In this document: positions 1 through 8,531 of the stretch, one piece after another
Layout: the number at the start of each line of letters is the position of its first letter
How positions within the stretch are numbered: the first letter of the stretch is position 1
Assembly (NCBI GenBank): GCA_963808235.1
Contig: CAWEEQ010000004.1
Location: 1,600,001 to 1,664,000, forward strand
Direction of reading: 5' to 3'
Origin: an uncultured delta proteobacterium
GTDB lineage: Bacteria > Desulfobacterota > Binatia > Binatales > Binataceae
Length of the DNA stretch: 64,000 nt
The notes under the pieces: generated by a model
The model's database searches: none
What the model was told of the DNA's origin: nothing
What the model saw: only the letters and a program-made list of their open reading frames with translations
Program-made: the position numbers and the translations under genes

Positions 1-191
1 GCGATATACGCGTACACCCGCTCGAAGTTGTTCTCGTACAGCTCCGCGAATCGACTCCGATCGCGCTGCGCCGCCTCGATCAACTCCCGCTCCGCACCGT
101 CGGGCGCGCACTTCGCACTCCGCACGGACGTCTTCAACGCCACGGATTCCGATTCTCGCCGCTCGGGCTTCAATGCGGGATCTCCAGACAC
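1..191 (-). CDS. ECF-type RNA polymerase sigma factor, 5' part (runs off window edge)
   Basis: Own translation from GTG at 191: ...ERELIEAAQRDRSRFAELYENNFERVYAYIA, typical sigma70 region 1.2/2 of ECF factors; GAGG RBS just upstream. Confidence 0.7.
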   Translation of the reverse strand, partial: MSGDPALKPERRESESVALKTSVRSAKCAPDGAERELIEAAQRDRSRFAELYENNFERVYAYI

Positions 192-366
192 ACTCGCCTC
201 TACCTACATGAAACCCCGCGCCCCCGGAAAGGTTACGGTCTGATCCTGGTCATAGCCTCTCCCGCAGCTGTCGGCGATGTCGCCAGCCGCAAACCGGGAG
301 AGGCCATCCGGCGACATCTATGTTGTCGGACGGGTGAGGGCGCTGGATAAGGCGTTGTACTGAGAT

Positions 367-942
367 CTAGCTGGTCGAGCCTTTATCGTTGGGCAGATTC
401 ACGAACACCGCCGCCGTGACCACCGTGGTCCACAGCCCGTCGCGATCGCCCATCGCCGACTGCGTGATATTCCGCGTCTGCACGATCTTGTCCGACAGCT
501 TCCACACGTCCTTGCGTTCGTCGTAACTCACGTTGGGATCGAAATCGACGCCGAGCGCCGTCGCCAGCATCGTCGCCGCGAGGTCCTCCGCGTAGTCGCC
601 CGCCTTCTCGTCGGTCTGCCCGAAGCTCTTGTGCTCGCTGAGGTAGCCGTATTGATCGCGCTCGGCCGGGATCGCCAGGCCGACCGACGCCGCGACCAGC
701 CGATGCGGTTCGTTGGTCGAGTTGTCGTACATCACCGCATAGACGATCTGCCCGGGAGTCAGCGTCTTGAGCCCGTCCTGAATCGAGATCACTTTGCATC
801 CCGGCGGGAAGATCGAGCTGACCCGCACCAGGTTGAACTCCGCGATTCTCGCGTCGCGCAGCGCCAGCTCGAACGAGGTGAGTTTCTCGCGATGCTTCCC
901 GACTCCCTTGGTCAGAAAAATTGCCTTCCCTATCGGCCCCAT
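367..942 (-). CDS. Pyruvoyl-dependent arginine decarboxylase
   Basis: [25 protein letters not shown] with the Ser-Ser autocleavage site; YGYLSEH; PvlArgDC (PdaD/AaxB) family. Confidence 0.9.
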   Translation of the reverse strand: MGPIGKAIFLTKGVGKHREKLTSFELALRDARIAEFNLVRVSSIFPPGCKVISIQDGLKTLTPGQIVYAVMYDNSTNEPHRLVAASVGLAIPAERDQYGYLSEHKSFGQTDEKAGDYAEDLAATMLATALGVDFDPNVSYDERKDVWKLSDKIVQTRNITQSAMGDRDGLWTTVVTAAVFVNLPNDKGSTS

Positions 943-1117
943 CTATTGTCCCCGCAAATCGCGCCCCCGGCGCATTTTGATCACTGTGAAAAGTGAAAAG
1001 GTGAAAATCAACAATAGACAGGATTTCAGTTCCACGAATCAAGCGCCACCCCCGCAAGACCGGCAAATGTGACGGCCCCCGGATCCCGACCCCACGCGCA
1101 CCAATCCCCCGAAACGA

Positions 1118-1147
1118 CCGCGCCGCCGAATTCCTTCGGCGGCGCGG
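1118..1147 (-). terminator. GC hairpin downstream of secreted protein copy 1
   Basis: CCGCGCCGCCGAA-TTCC-TTCGGCGGCGCGG, 13-bp stem followed by TCGTTTC on minus strand. Confidence 0.65.
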
Positions 1148-1168
1148 CAAACTGGCAAGCTTCAGTCT

Positions 1169-1480
1169 TTACCGATTGTCGTCGTCACTGTGGCGATCAC
1201 CATAGTTATGATTCGCCACGTCGTTGTTCAGATCGTTCTTCTGATCCTGCATGTCGGCACGATGCGCCTGGATTTCTTCTTTCTCACGAGACGCCGCGCC
1301 GTACCTTCCTTGATCCATGTCCTCGCGCTTCTCCTGCTTGTCGTGCTGGATAGCGGCGTGCTCCTGGTCGATCGACTGAGCATCGTGGTTCATGTCCTGA
1401 TAGCTCTGCGCATATGCCATCGGAAGCGCCATTAGCGTCCCCAATGCGCCTGCTGCCAACGTGAGTACAAGTCGCTTCAT
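1169..1480 (-). CDS. Small secreted helical D/E/R/H-rich protein (paralog 1)
   Basis: MKRLVLTLAAGALGTLMALPMAYA signal peptide, ATG at 1480; strongly similar to 1771..2091. Confidence 0.8.
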   Translation of the reverse strand: MKRLVLTLAAGALGTLMALPMAYAQSYQDMNHDAQSIDQEHAAIQHDKQEKREDMDQGRYGAASREKEEIQAHRADMQDQKNDLNNDVANHNYGDRHSDDDNR

Positions 1481-1605
1481 AATAGGAGGCCCTCCTGGCC
1501 AGTTTGTCGCAATGTAGCCGTGGGGCAGTGAAAAGCGAGGATCACGGCATTTGATCGATTGCCATTTGCCAGAGGCACCGTGCCAGTGGCGCTTCACCTA
1601 ATTCA

Positions 1606-1621
1606 TGCAGCGGCTATGCCA
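1606..1621 (-). promoter_or_regulatory. sigma54 (-24/-12) promoter of paralog 1
   Basis: Minus strand TGGCATAGCCGCTGCA = GG-N10-GC; conserved upstream of both paralogs. Confidence 0.65.
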
Positions 1622-1713
1622 CAAACAAATGCAGCGCCTGCGGGATAGACTTTCCGGCGTACAGTCAGCGCAGAGTCGGCGATCGGTAAAATGTTTCGCC
1701 GCGCCCGAAACGA

Positions 1714-1743
1714 CCGCGCCGCCGAATTACTTCGGCGGCGCGG
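1714..1743 (-). terminator. GC hairpin downstream of secreted protein copy 2
   Basis: Same stem as 1118..1147 with loop TTAC. Confidence 0.65.
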
Positions 1744-1770
1744 ATCGTTAACTTGCTAACCCTTCAGCTC

Positions 1771-2091
1771 TTAGTCGTCGCTGTCGTGATTGCGCCATCG
1801 GTCACCGTAGTAACGATTCGCCATGTCGTTGTTCAGATCATCCTTCGTGGCCCGCTTGTCCTCACGACGCTGCTCGATTTCCGCCTGCTCACGAGCCGCC
1901 GCGCCGTATCGCCCTTGCTCCATGTCCTCGCGCTGCTCTTCGCGATCATGCTGGATACCGGCGTTATCGTGCTGAATCCTCGCCGCGTCGCCGTTCATGT
2001 CCTCCCAGCTCTGCGCATGTGCGATCGGAATCACCAGCAGGGATCCCAATGCGCCTGCTGCCAACGTGACTAGTAGTCGCTTCATAAACAC
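1771..2091 (-). CDS. Small secreted helical D/E/R-rich protein (paralog 2)
   Basis: MKRLLVTLAAGALGSLLVIPIAHA signal peptide; shares REDMxQGRYGAA and DLNND with paralog 1; AGGAG RBS. Confidence 0.8.
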   Translation of the reverse strand: MFMKRLLVTLAAGALGSLLVIPIAHAQSWEDMNGDAARIQHDNAGIQHDREEQREDMEQGRYGAAAREQAEIEQRREDKRATKDDLNNDMANRYYGDRWRNHDSDD

Positions 2092-2187
2092 GATCTCCTT
2101 GCATGAGTTATCGCAAGTTCACGAGAGCACCCGTGAGTGCCAGGTAAATTTTGCGATTGGTGCCACGCAGCACCTACTCTCTGTGGA

Positions 2188-2203
2188 TGCAGACCCTATG
2201 CCA
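2188..2203 (-). promoter_or_regulatory. sigma54 (-24/-12) promoter of paralog 2
   Basis: Minus strand TGGCATAGGGTCTGCA = GG-N10-GC. Confidence 0.65.
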
Positions 2204-2674
2204 GAAATAATCGCGCGATTGCGAAATAAAAGTTTCGCAGCCGGATCCCCGCGACAAGTAAAAAGTAAAAAAGTAAATGTTTCGCCGCACCCACCCAAAA
2301 TCTTACCGCGATGTTATTACCCCTCTCCCTATCAGGAAATCTCTGCACAACGGGCCGCAGCTTCTTCCCCTCTCCCGATGGGAGAGGATTGAAGGCGAGG
2401 GACCTTATCCAGCGCGCGCTTCGCGCGATTCAAAGATTCTGCTCGGCTCCGAAACCTCGCGGAGGTTACGCAAAGCTCTCCCTCAGGAGAGACCAACGAA
2501 GCAGACAAAAATCTAGGCAGCGCATTATTTTCGAAGGACCAATCTCCCAGACGGCCGAGAGCAAAAGACCGTCCTCGGGATTTTGCGATTGATACTGGGT
2601 GCAGGGGTCACCCCTGCCGCCAGCCGCGCAGGCGTGACTAAGATTCTTATTCTCCCTCCTACCGCTTCTCCCCC

Positions 2675-3601
2675 CTACTTCGCCCCCTTCTCCCCCGCCG
2701 GCGCGATTGCGCCCTCCGTCTCCCCCGATCTCCTCCGCGCATTCCCCCGCTCTTTGCGCCGCGCGTACTTCCGCTTCCCTTCCGCCACCCGCGCATCTTC
2801 CATCGCACCATATTTGACGGGGTCGAATGGAATCAGCGGCTTCAAGCCGGCTCTCATACTGACCTTCGGGAACAGCGCCCGGTTCCGCTCGATCTCCCCA
2901 AGCGCCCAGTCGCACCAGCGGATATTCTCTTCCATCCAGTCGATTCCGCGCTTGAGCGTGAACCACGTAAACATCGTGTTCACATCGCGATATGCGTCAT
3001 CGCCCGCGAAATAGTTCTGCTCCATTTCCCGATACCGCTTCAGATAGAGCTGCCACGAGAGCCGCTCTTCGGCGATTACCTCGCGCGCACCGTCGGCCCC
3101 CAGATGACCTAGAAACCGGCACCGCAAAAGTGGCGGATGCTTCAGTCTCAACCCTTCGAATGGACCCTCGAGCCATTCGACCAGCAGCCGCTCGCCCGAG
3201 GGCGTGATCGTGTACACCTGCTTGTTGGGCCGCTTGCGCTGCGTGACCCTGCGCCTGTGGATCACCCCGAATTCTTCCATCCGTTCCAGGGTCGAGTAGA
3301 TCTGCGTGGGATGCGCATGCCAGTAATGCGCCATCGAAATATCGAACAGCTTGACCAGGTCGTATCCCGACACCCCCGGCGTCTCCGCGATAAGCCCGAG
3401 CAACGCCAAATCCAGCGTCGCCGTCCTCCCCGGCGACCGCGTAAACCGCGGAACTTCGTCGTCTTCGATATCCTCGATCTCCTCAAACGAAACCCGCCGC
3501 GGAACAACGGAATCCGCCTCACGCCCCCGCCCAATTCTTTCCTTCTTCACGACACCTAACTTTATCCGCGCCGAACCGAGGTTTCCATCGACTCCCAACA
3601 A
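2675..3601 (-). CDS. PadR family transcriptional regulator (true start probably further downstream)
   Basis: LALLGLI...SGYDL...YWHAHPTQIYSTLERME...KQVYTITPSGERLLVEWL PadR wHTH plus helical C-terminal domain. Confidence 0.85.
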   Translation of the reverse strand: MLGVDGNLGSARIKLGVVKKERIGRGREADSVVPRRVSFEEIEDIEDDEVPRFTRSPGRTATLDLALLGLIAETPGVSGYDLVKLFDISMAHYWHAHPTQIYSTLERMEEFGVIHRRRVTQRKRPNKQVYTITPSGERLLVEWLEGPFEGLRLKHPPLLRCRFLGHLGADGAREVIAEERLSWQLYLKRYREMEQNYFAGDDAYRDVNTMFTWFTLKRGIDWMEENIRWCDWALGEIERNRALFPKVSMRAGLKPLIPFDPVKYGAMEDARVAEGKRKYARRKERGNARRRSGETEGAIAPAGEKGAK

Positions 3602-3623
3602 CCCGCGCTGCCCCTTATTTTTG

Positions 3624-4348
3624 TGTCATTGCCAGAGCCGCAGCCCAAGAATCCCGAATCCAATGACTGCAATCTTTGTGTCATTCTAGAGCGAAGCGAA
3701 AGCCTGCCCTGAGCGAAGCCGAACGGGAATCCCGATTCCTTTTCCGAGATCGTCCCCCTCCGTCATCCTGAACGCCGCCTATGTCATCCTGACCGAAGCC
3801 AGCAACGCGGCGCAGTGGAACTGGCTTCTGGCCTCCGGACAGCTTCGCGCCAGCGAAGCCGGTTCCGGTTTCGAGTCGCCGCGTCCAGTCGTGCACCCTG
3901 AGTATTCGCGAAGAGCCTGCCCCGAGTATTCCCGAGGGGGCGAAGCGATGCTCCTTGTTCTTCTTCAGCTCCTCATCAGAAATTCCCTCCCACCAGTTAG
4001 GATGTCGCGTTCCGCGCCACTTCTTAGCCAAGAGCTAGTGGCACGGGCGTCCCTGCCCGTGATCGATCGCGTTCCGCGCCACTTGTTATTCGCCTCTCCC
4101 GCTTAGTCGCGGGAGAGGCCGCGCCTTCGGCGCGGGTGAGGGTGCTTTTTCACGGGAGAGGCGGCCGGTCGCTTCCGCGGTCGGTAGGTGAGGGTGCAGC
4201 CGACCCAAGCAACCCGCCCAACAACGCACACGCCATCCTATCTCTGTCATTCTAGAGCGCAGCGAAAGCCTGCCCTGAGCGAAGCCGAACGGGAATCCCG
4301 GATCTTTATTCCATGATCTCGGCGCTACGCGCCTGCTAGAAGTTTGAG
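3624..4348. repeat. Cluster of REP-like palindromic repeats (TGTCAT/CGTCAT-tagged and CCTCTCCC/GGGAGAGG types), left flank of island
   Basis: 56-bp direct repeat 3679..3734 / 4245..4300 with 1 mismatch; related starts at 3624, 3761, 3782; CCTCTCCCGC..GCGGGAGAGG hairpin at ~4093-4143. Confidence 0.75.
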
Positions 4349-4368
4349 TGAAGATTAAGCACAGCTCA

Positions 4369-7041
4369 CTAGGGTTCACGCAATTTGAGTTTTAGTTGCG
4401 GGCTGTGCGAATCGGGAGACTCAGAACGCGTAAACTCGGAGCGCAATGAGATGACTCCGCGAATCCTGGATCTCTCTCTAACGAGCTGCACACCGAGTTC
4501 AAATTCCTTTGCAGTGCCTTCGCTCAGAGGCATCTCGAATATATAGGATTGACGGCCGCTCTCGTCGAGTTGGTTCACCGGCAATTCGAACGTGATCAAC
4601 TTTTCCACTTCGTGGTCGGATGGGTACCGCAGATCAGGGCGACGATACAACTGATCGCTGGGAAGCTGTTGAGGGTTCGAAATAACAGCGGCAGGCTGAC
4701 CACGCGTCTTTAAATCTAGCCTGCTAGATTTACCCGAGAGCTGCTCCTTCCGAAGAGAGTGCAGAGTTGCGGTTTTTACGAGCATCAATCTCTTGGTAAA
4801 CCCGCCCCGGCGTCGTAACTTCTTTCTGCGCTCAACTTCTAGCTCTGACACAGAAGAGTCTATTACTTTGATCAAGGCCAAGACGACCTCTTGCAGATCC
4901 GCCAGTTCAGAGACGACATCTGCGCCAGATCGAGCGTCTAGTGCCTCATACGCTTCCTCAACGAGCTTTCGTCTAAGAGCGAGGACTAGCGCTTCGCCTT
5001 TCAGCTCAATACTCTCTGCTCTTTCGCCGCGGCCTTCGATCTGCCTTGGAATCAGGTCGCGCACAATCTTATTATACTCGACAACGTCCTCGTCCACCCC
5101 AAACAGGTCAACACATTCCACGTCGGCTCCTAGTCGTTGTAGGATGTAGTAGGCGTGCGACAAGATGCCACCAGCGAGTTCGATTACAAATCTCTTTTCC
5201 GATGCGAGCTTCCCGAGCTCTTCAGCAAAACTGCGATTTCTGATTAGTTCAGGATCGACCGGTTCGACTATAACTCGTTCGATCCTTTTTCCACTGTATA
5301 GTGCGTTCTTGAAGTCCGTCCAGTCTTTACTAGTTCCAATTCTATGGTCGCCCGCAGAGCGATATTTGTGCCGAGGCGCCGCGGCCTTGAGGACTCCAGA
5401 TAATTCTGACTTCTGGTGATACCAAGGCAAGATAGCATGCGGGCTTATCTCGCGCTGATTGTCCAAGAACCACATGACACTCACTGGGTGCTGTTCTCTC
5501 TCGGCAATTCGCCTTGTTGTTTCAGCGATCTCGAAGAGCCAGTCTTCCTTCGTTACGCTTTTACCCCAGTCGTACGGAGGCTTTGTAAAATGTGAACGCC
5601 ATTTGCCATCCTCATCAGATGCAATGAAAAGGCCTTTATATCGTAAGCGCTTCCTATATGTATATCTTCTCTTTCGAAGAGACCGGCTGAAATTGATCTT
5701 AGTCTCCTTCGTGTCGATTTCGAATGTGTCGTGGGAAAACCAATAGAGACCTTCAGGAAGACCCCATAGCGCCTCTATTCTGACAATGCGATTACCGGGC
5801 TCCGCGCGTGCCCACGCAGAGGCGACCGACGGGATGAAGTGATGCGCGATCAAGCACACGCCTGAAGTCCAGAGGTCATTCTGCTGAATCTTCCAGCTAA
5901 AGTCTCCGAGAAGCCATTCCGTTGCTTGACTGGAAGACCTAAGATCGTCACTTCGCGGCAACATCTCTCGCTTGTTCTGAGGGATCGCCTCGCCGTCAGT
6001 ACGTATTACCAGAGGCCGTTTTGTAAGCGCTTCCAAATCACCGAGACATGCAGAAGGCACAACTCCCTCGCGGATAGATTTCAGAACCGCCGCATCGTCG
6101 AGCACATAAAAGACCGGCATCGCGTAACCGAGACTCCTGTACATCTTTGCATTGTGCAACTTTCTGTAGCGATCATAGTCACGCGAGTTAGCTTTTCTGA
6201 ACACCCGAAAAAGATCGCCCTCGATCTCAGGTATTCTGCCTTGCAGAAGCGATTTTGGGGCGGTTCCACGACGGTGTTCCTCGGCGTCAGCTTGAACGAT
6301 CATAATGGTGCGGCCGTCCCATACCCATTCGAAGTGAATTCGCGAGGCTAAGGGCGCCGCCCACAACGCCACGCTCTTCAACGAGTTACTGATCCCTGTC
6401 TCAGAGCTGCATGTCAGCAACGAAATTGACCTATTTCCGGCATCTCGCCAGTTTCTTACGGCGATTCGAGCAGTATCTCCGGGCTGAACAGATTCTGGCT
6501 CGATCTCCACGATCCAGTCCCGTCCCTCGTGACTCAATCGCCGGACATTTGAGAGGTGTCCCTTTCGAACCGTAGTGACCGCCTCTTGAATGACCCAGTG
6601 CAATTGCTCTGCATCATTTCGACTTAGATGAGATAGCATCTTCCGAATCTCATCCGCCACGTCGCGGGGCGCGCATCGAGTCGAATCCAAGCGACCTCGT
6701 TGATCCAGCGTCTCTTCAGTTCCGCTAGATCGTACAAACACTTCTTTCTCGGCCCAAAGATCCAACTTTCGCAAACAGTCGTCTAACCATTCTTCAAAAG
6801 ATGAATCGTTTAGCTGCGCCTGCATCGAAGAAGCCGCGACCACGAAGAAACGCGGCACCCAACGTTGGGGCAGGCAGCAAAGGCCATATGCTTTCCAGCC
6901 TATCTGCTTTACGGAAATCTCAGCTGCGTCAAGGAGGATCGGACCCTCTCGCGAGAGACAAAGTACAGAACAAATCGGAACTAGCATGCGGCGAACTCGC
7001 CGCCGCCGTTGCTTCTTATCCTCCTTCTCTTTAGACGCCAC
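4369..7041 (-). CDS. Fusion: two PEP-synthase/PPDK-type ATP-grasp modules + phospho-His swivel domain + MazG-like (COG4997-type) NTP pyrophosphohydrolase
   Basis: Module 1 GWKAYGL..VPRFFVV, VRSS, FEWVWDG..IVQA; module 2 PLVIRTD, IEALWGLPEGL; GGILSHA; YNKIVRDLIP..KLVEEAYE..ELADLQEV..RRGGF. Confidence 0.75.
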   Translation of the reverse strand: MASKEKEDKKQRRRRVRRMLVPICSVLCLSREGPILLDAAEISVKQIGWKAYGLCCLPQRWVPRFFVVAASSMQAQLNDSSFEEWLDDCLRKLDLWAEKEVFVRSSGTEETLDQRGRLDSTRCAPRDVADEIRKMLSHLSRNDAEQLHWVIQEAVTTVRKGHLSNVRRLSHEGRDWIVEIEPESVQPGDTARIAVRNWRDAGNRSISLLTCSSETGISNSLKSVALWAAPLASRIHFEWVWDGRTIMIVQADAEEHRRGTAPKSLLQGRIPEIEGDLFRVFRKANSRDYDRYRKLHNAKMYRSLGYAMPVFYVLDDAAVLKSIREGVVPSACLGDLEALTKRPLVIRTDGEAIPQNKREMLPRSDDLRSSSQATEWLLGDFSWKIQQNDLWTSGVCLIAHHFIPSVASAWARAEPGNRIVRIEALWGLPEGLYWFSHDTFEIDTKETKINFSRSLRKRRYTYRKRLRYKGLFIASDEDGKWRSHFTKPPYDWGKSVTKEDWLFEIAETTRRIAEREQHPVSVMWFLDNQREISPHAILPWYHQKSELSGVLKAAAPRHKYRSAGDHRIGTSKDWTDFKNALYSGKRIERVIVEPVDPELIRNRSFAEELGKLASEKRFVIELAGGILSHAYYILQRLGADVECVDLFGVDEDVVEYNKIVRDLIPRQIEGRGERAESIELKGEALVLALRRKLVEEAYEALDARSGADVVSELADLQEVVLALIKVIDSSVSELEVERRKKLRRRGGFTKRLMLVKTATLHSLRKEQLSGKSSRLDLKTRGQPAAVISNPQQLPSDQLYRRPDLRYPSDHEVEKLITFELPVNQLDESGRQSYIFEMPLSEGTAKEFELGVQLVRERSRIRGVISLRSEFTRSESPDSHSPQLKLKLREP

Positions 7042-7077
7042 AGGTTATTTTAGCAACCGCGCTTGCTCGGGAATCTG

Positions 7078-7908
7078 TCAGACCCACTTCGGGATGCGAA
7101 GGAGAGACGAGAAGTAGAGGATCTCGGCACCTTTATGAGCCGAGCTAGCCGTATGCATGAGCGCAAGATGTTTACAGCGTATGCCTCTGTACAGTTTTCT
7201 AATTTCATTCACGTCGTCGTAAGACACAATCCAAGGACAGGCGAGCTTTTCAACGCTCTTTCTAACTGCGACGTGATCTTCAGGCTCGTAGTCGTTGAGA
7301 TACAAGTGCCTTCCTGGACGGTAGTAGGGAGGGTCAAGATAGACTAAGGTTTTCCGCGACGAGCGACAATCTTTGAGAACATCGAGAGCATCTCGTTTAG
7401 AAATGAATATCCGGTTCTTAGAGGAGGAAATGCGCGATATCCGCCGCGCCAGTTCGGTTCGGTTAAATCGAGCATCCAGCTTCCACGTTCCTTTTTGCTC
7501 TTTCCCCCCTATCATACCTCCGTTGAGAATCCCGGAATGACTTGTGCGGTTCAAAAAGAACTTCGCGAATCCAAGTGCAAGCGTACCCGACCGTGTACCT
7601 TCCGCGTAGATAGCCTTTTGTCTGTACCACTCGTCTGGTGTGACAGATACCTCTCGGATTAGTTCCAAGAGTTCACGCGTTTTCGTTAATACACTTCGCC
7701 AGAAAGCGTAGACCGCGGAATCGAGATCGTTGAGGTGAATCTCGGTTACGAGGCCGTCGAACAGCAGGCTAAGAGCCAGACTGGCGCCTCCCGCATACGG
7801 TTCTATGTAGATCGGTTCGTCTAGGCGGTTAATTTCGATCACACGTCGGAGGAATGGTGCAATTCTCCACTTACCTCCAGGGTAGCGAAGAGGAGAGGCG
7901 CTTCTCAC
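7078..7908 (-). CDS. DNA adenine methyltransferase, Dam/D12 class
   Basis: LRYPGGK, EPYAGGAS (SAM binding), YLDPPY (catalytic); GTG start overlaps upstream stop (GTGA). Confidence 0.92.
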   Translation of the reverse strand: MRSASPLRYPGGKWRIAPFLRRVIEINRLDEPIYIEPYAGGASLALSLLFDGLVTEIHLNDLDSAVYAFWRSVLTKTRELLELIREVSVTPDEWYRQKAIYAEGTRSGTLALGFAKFFLNRTSHSGILNGGMIGGKEQKGTWKLDARFNRTELARRISRISSSKNRIFISKRDALDVLKDCRSSRKTLVYLDPPYYRPGRHLYLNDYEPEDHVAVRKSVEKLACPWIVSYDDVNEIRKLYRGIRCKHLALMHTASSAHKGAEILYFSSLLRIPKWV

Positions 7909-8531
7909 AGGCTGTCAGCACCGTCCGCGCTAGGTGGCTTAGGTTGTTCGCCTGCTTTTCCCTTTCCACTCATCGTACCGAATAGAATGTCAGCTATCTC
8001 GGTAAGCTTAGCGATGGCGCTATCAGAGAAGTAACCGACCAAAAAAGAGACGGCTACGATCACCGAACAGGATCTAGTCGCGGTCGCGTCGAAAACCCGA
8101 AACAAGCCAGAGGAAATCAGAGCTATCATCGCGAAAGCGAGTCCTCCCGAGATGTGTGGTGTAAAGAAACGCCACAACCTCCGATCGAGATGCCACCATT
8201 GTTTTGCTACGGAATGATAGAGCCACTTGAGATCGAATAGCGTTCCCCCAAGAGTTCCGCCTAGCCAGGCCAAGCCGTACTTTAGGACGGAGCTATACCT
8301 CTGCTGACTGAGGCCCATCCACTTGTTCGGGAGTTCAAGCCAGAGAGCCAGCATAAGAAGAGGTGCAGCAACGAGGAGAACTCCCAAGTATGCAGATTCG
8401 AGCAAGATACCGCGGCGAGCTTCTGGGTCTGAGTACTTGGACTTCCAGTCGAGAGGATTTCGTTTGTCAGTCAGGTCGGCGGGCGCGAAACCAAGGACCT
8501 GCTCCGACTCCGGTGTGTCCGATTTTTTCAG
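7905..8531 (-). CDS. Uncharacterised membrane protein, ~4 TM (possible CTG start at 8531; TTG at 8405 otherwise)
   Basis: Hydrophobic segments, GGTLGGTLF glycine motif, FLVGYFSD; frame stays open to 8531, overlapping the HIT gene stop. Confidence 0.7.
   Translation of the reverse strand: MKKSDTPESEQVLGFAPADLTDKRNPLDWKSKYSDPEARRGILLESAYLGVLLVAAPLLMLALWLELPNKWMGLSQQRYSSVLKYGLAWLGGTLGGTLFDLKWLYHSVAKQWWHLDRRLWRFFTPHISGGLAFAMIALISSGLFRVFDATATRSCSVIVAVSFLVGYFSDSAIAKLTEIADILFGTMSGKGKAGEQPKPPSADGADSL

Noticed and set aside
3681-4379. Small ORFs within the repeat-rich flanks (also 9290..10323)
   Set aside because: They are translations of palindromic repeat DNA and lack coding signals
4369-7908. Classical type II restriction-modification pair
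   Set aside because: The large gene shows ATP-grasp, His-swivel and MazG motifs, not recognisable nuclease motifs
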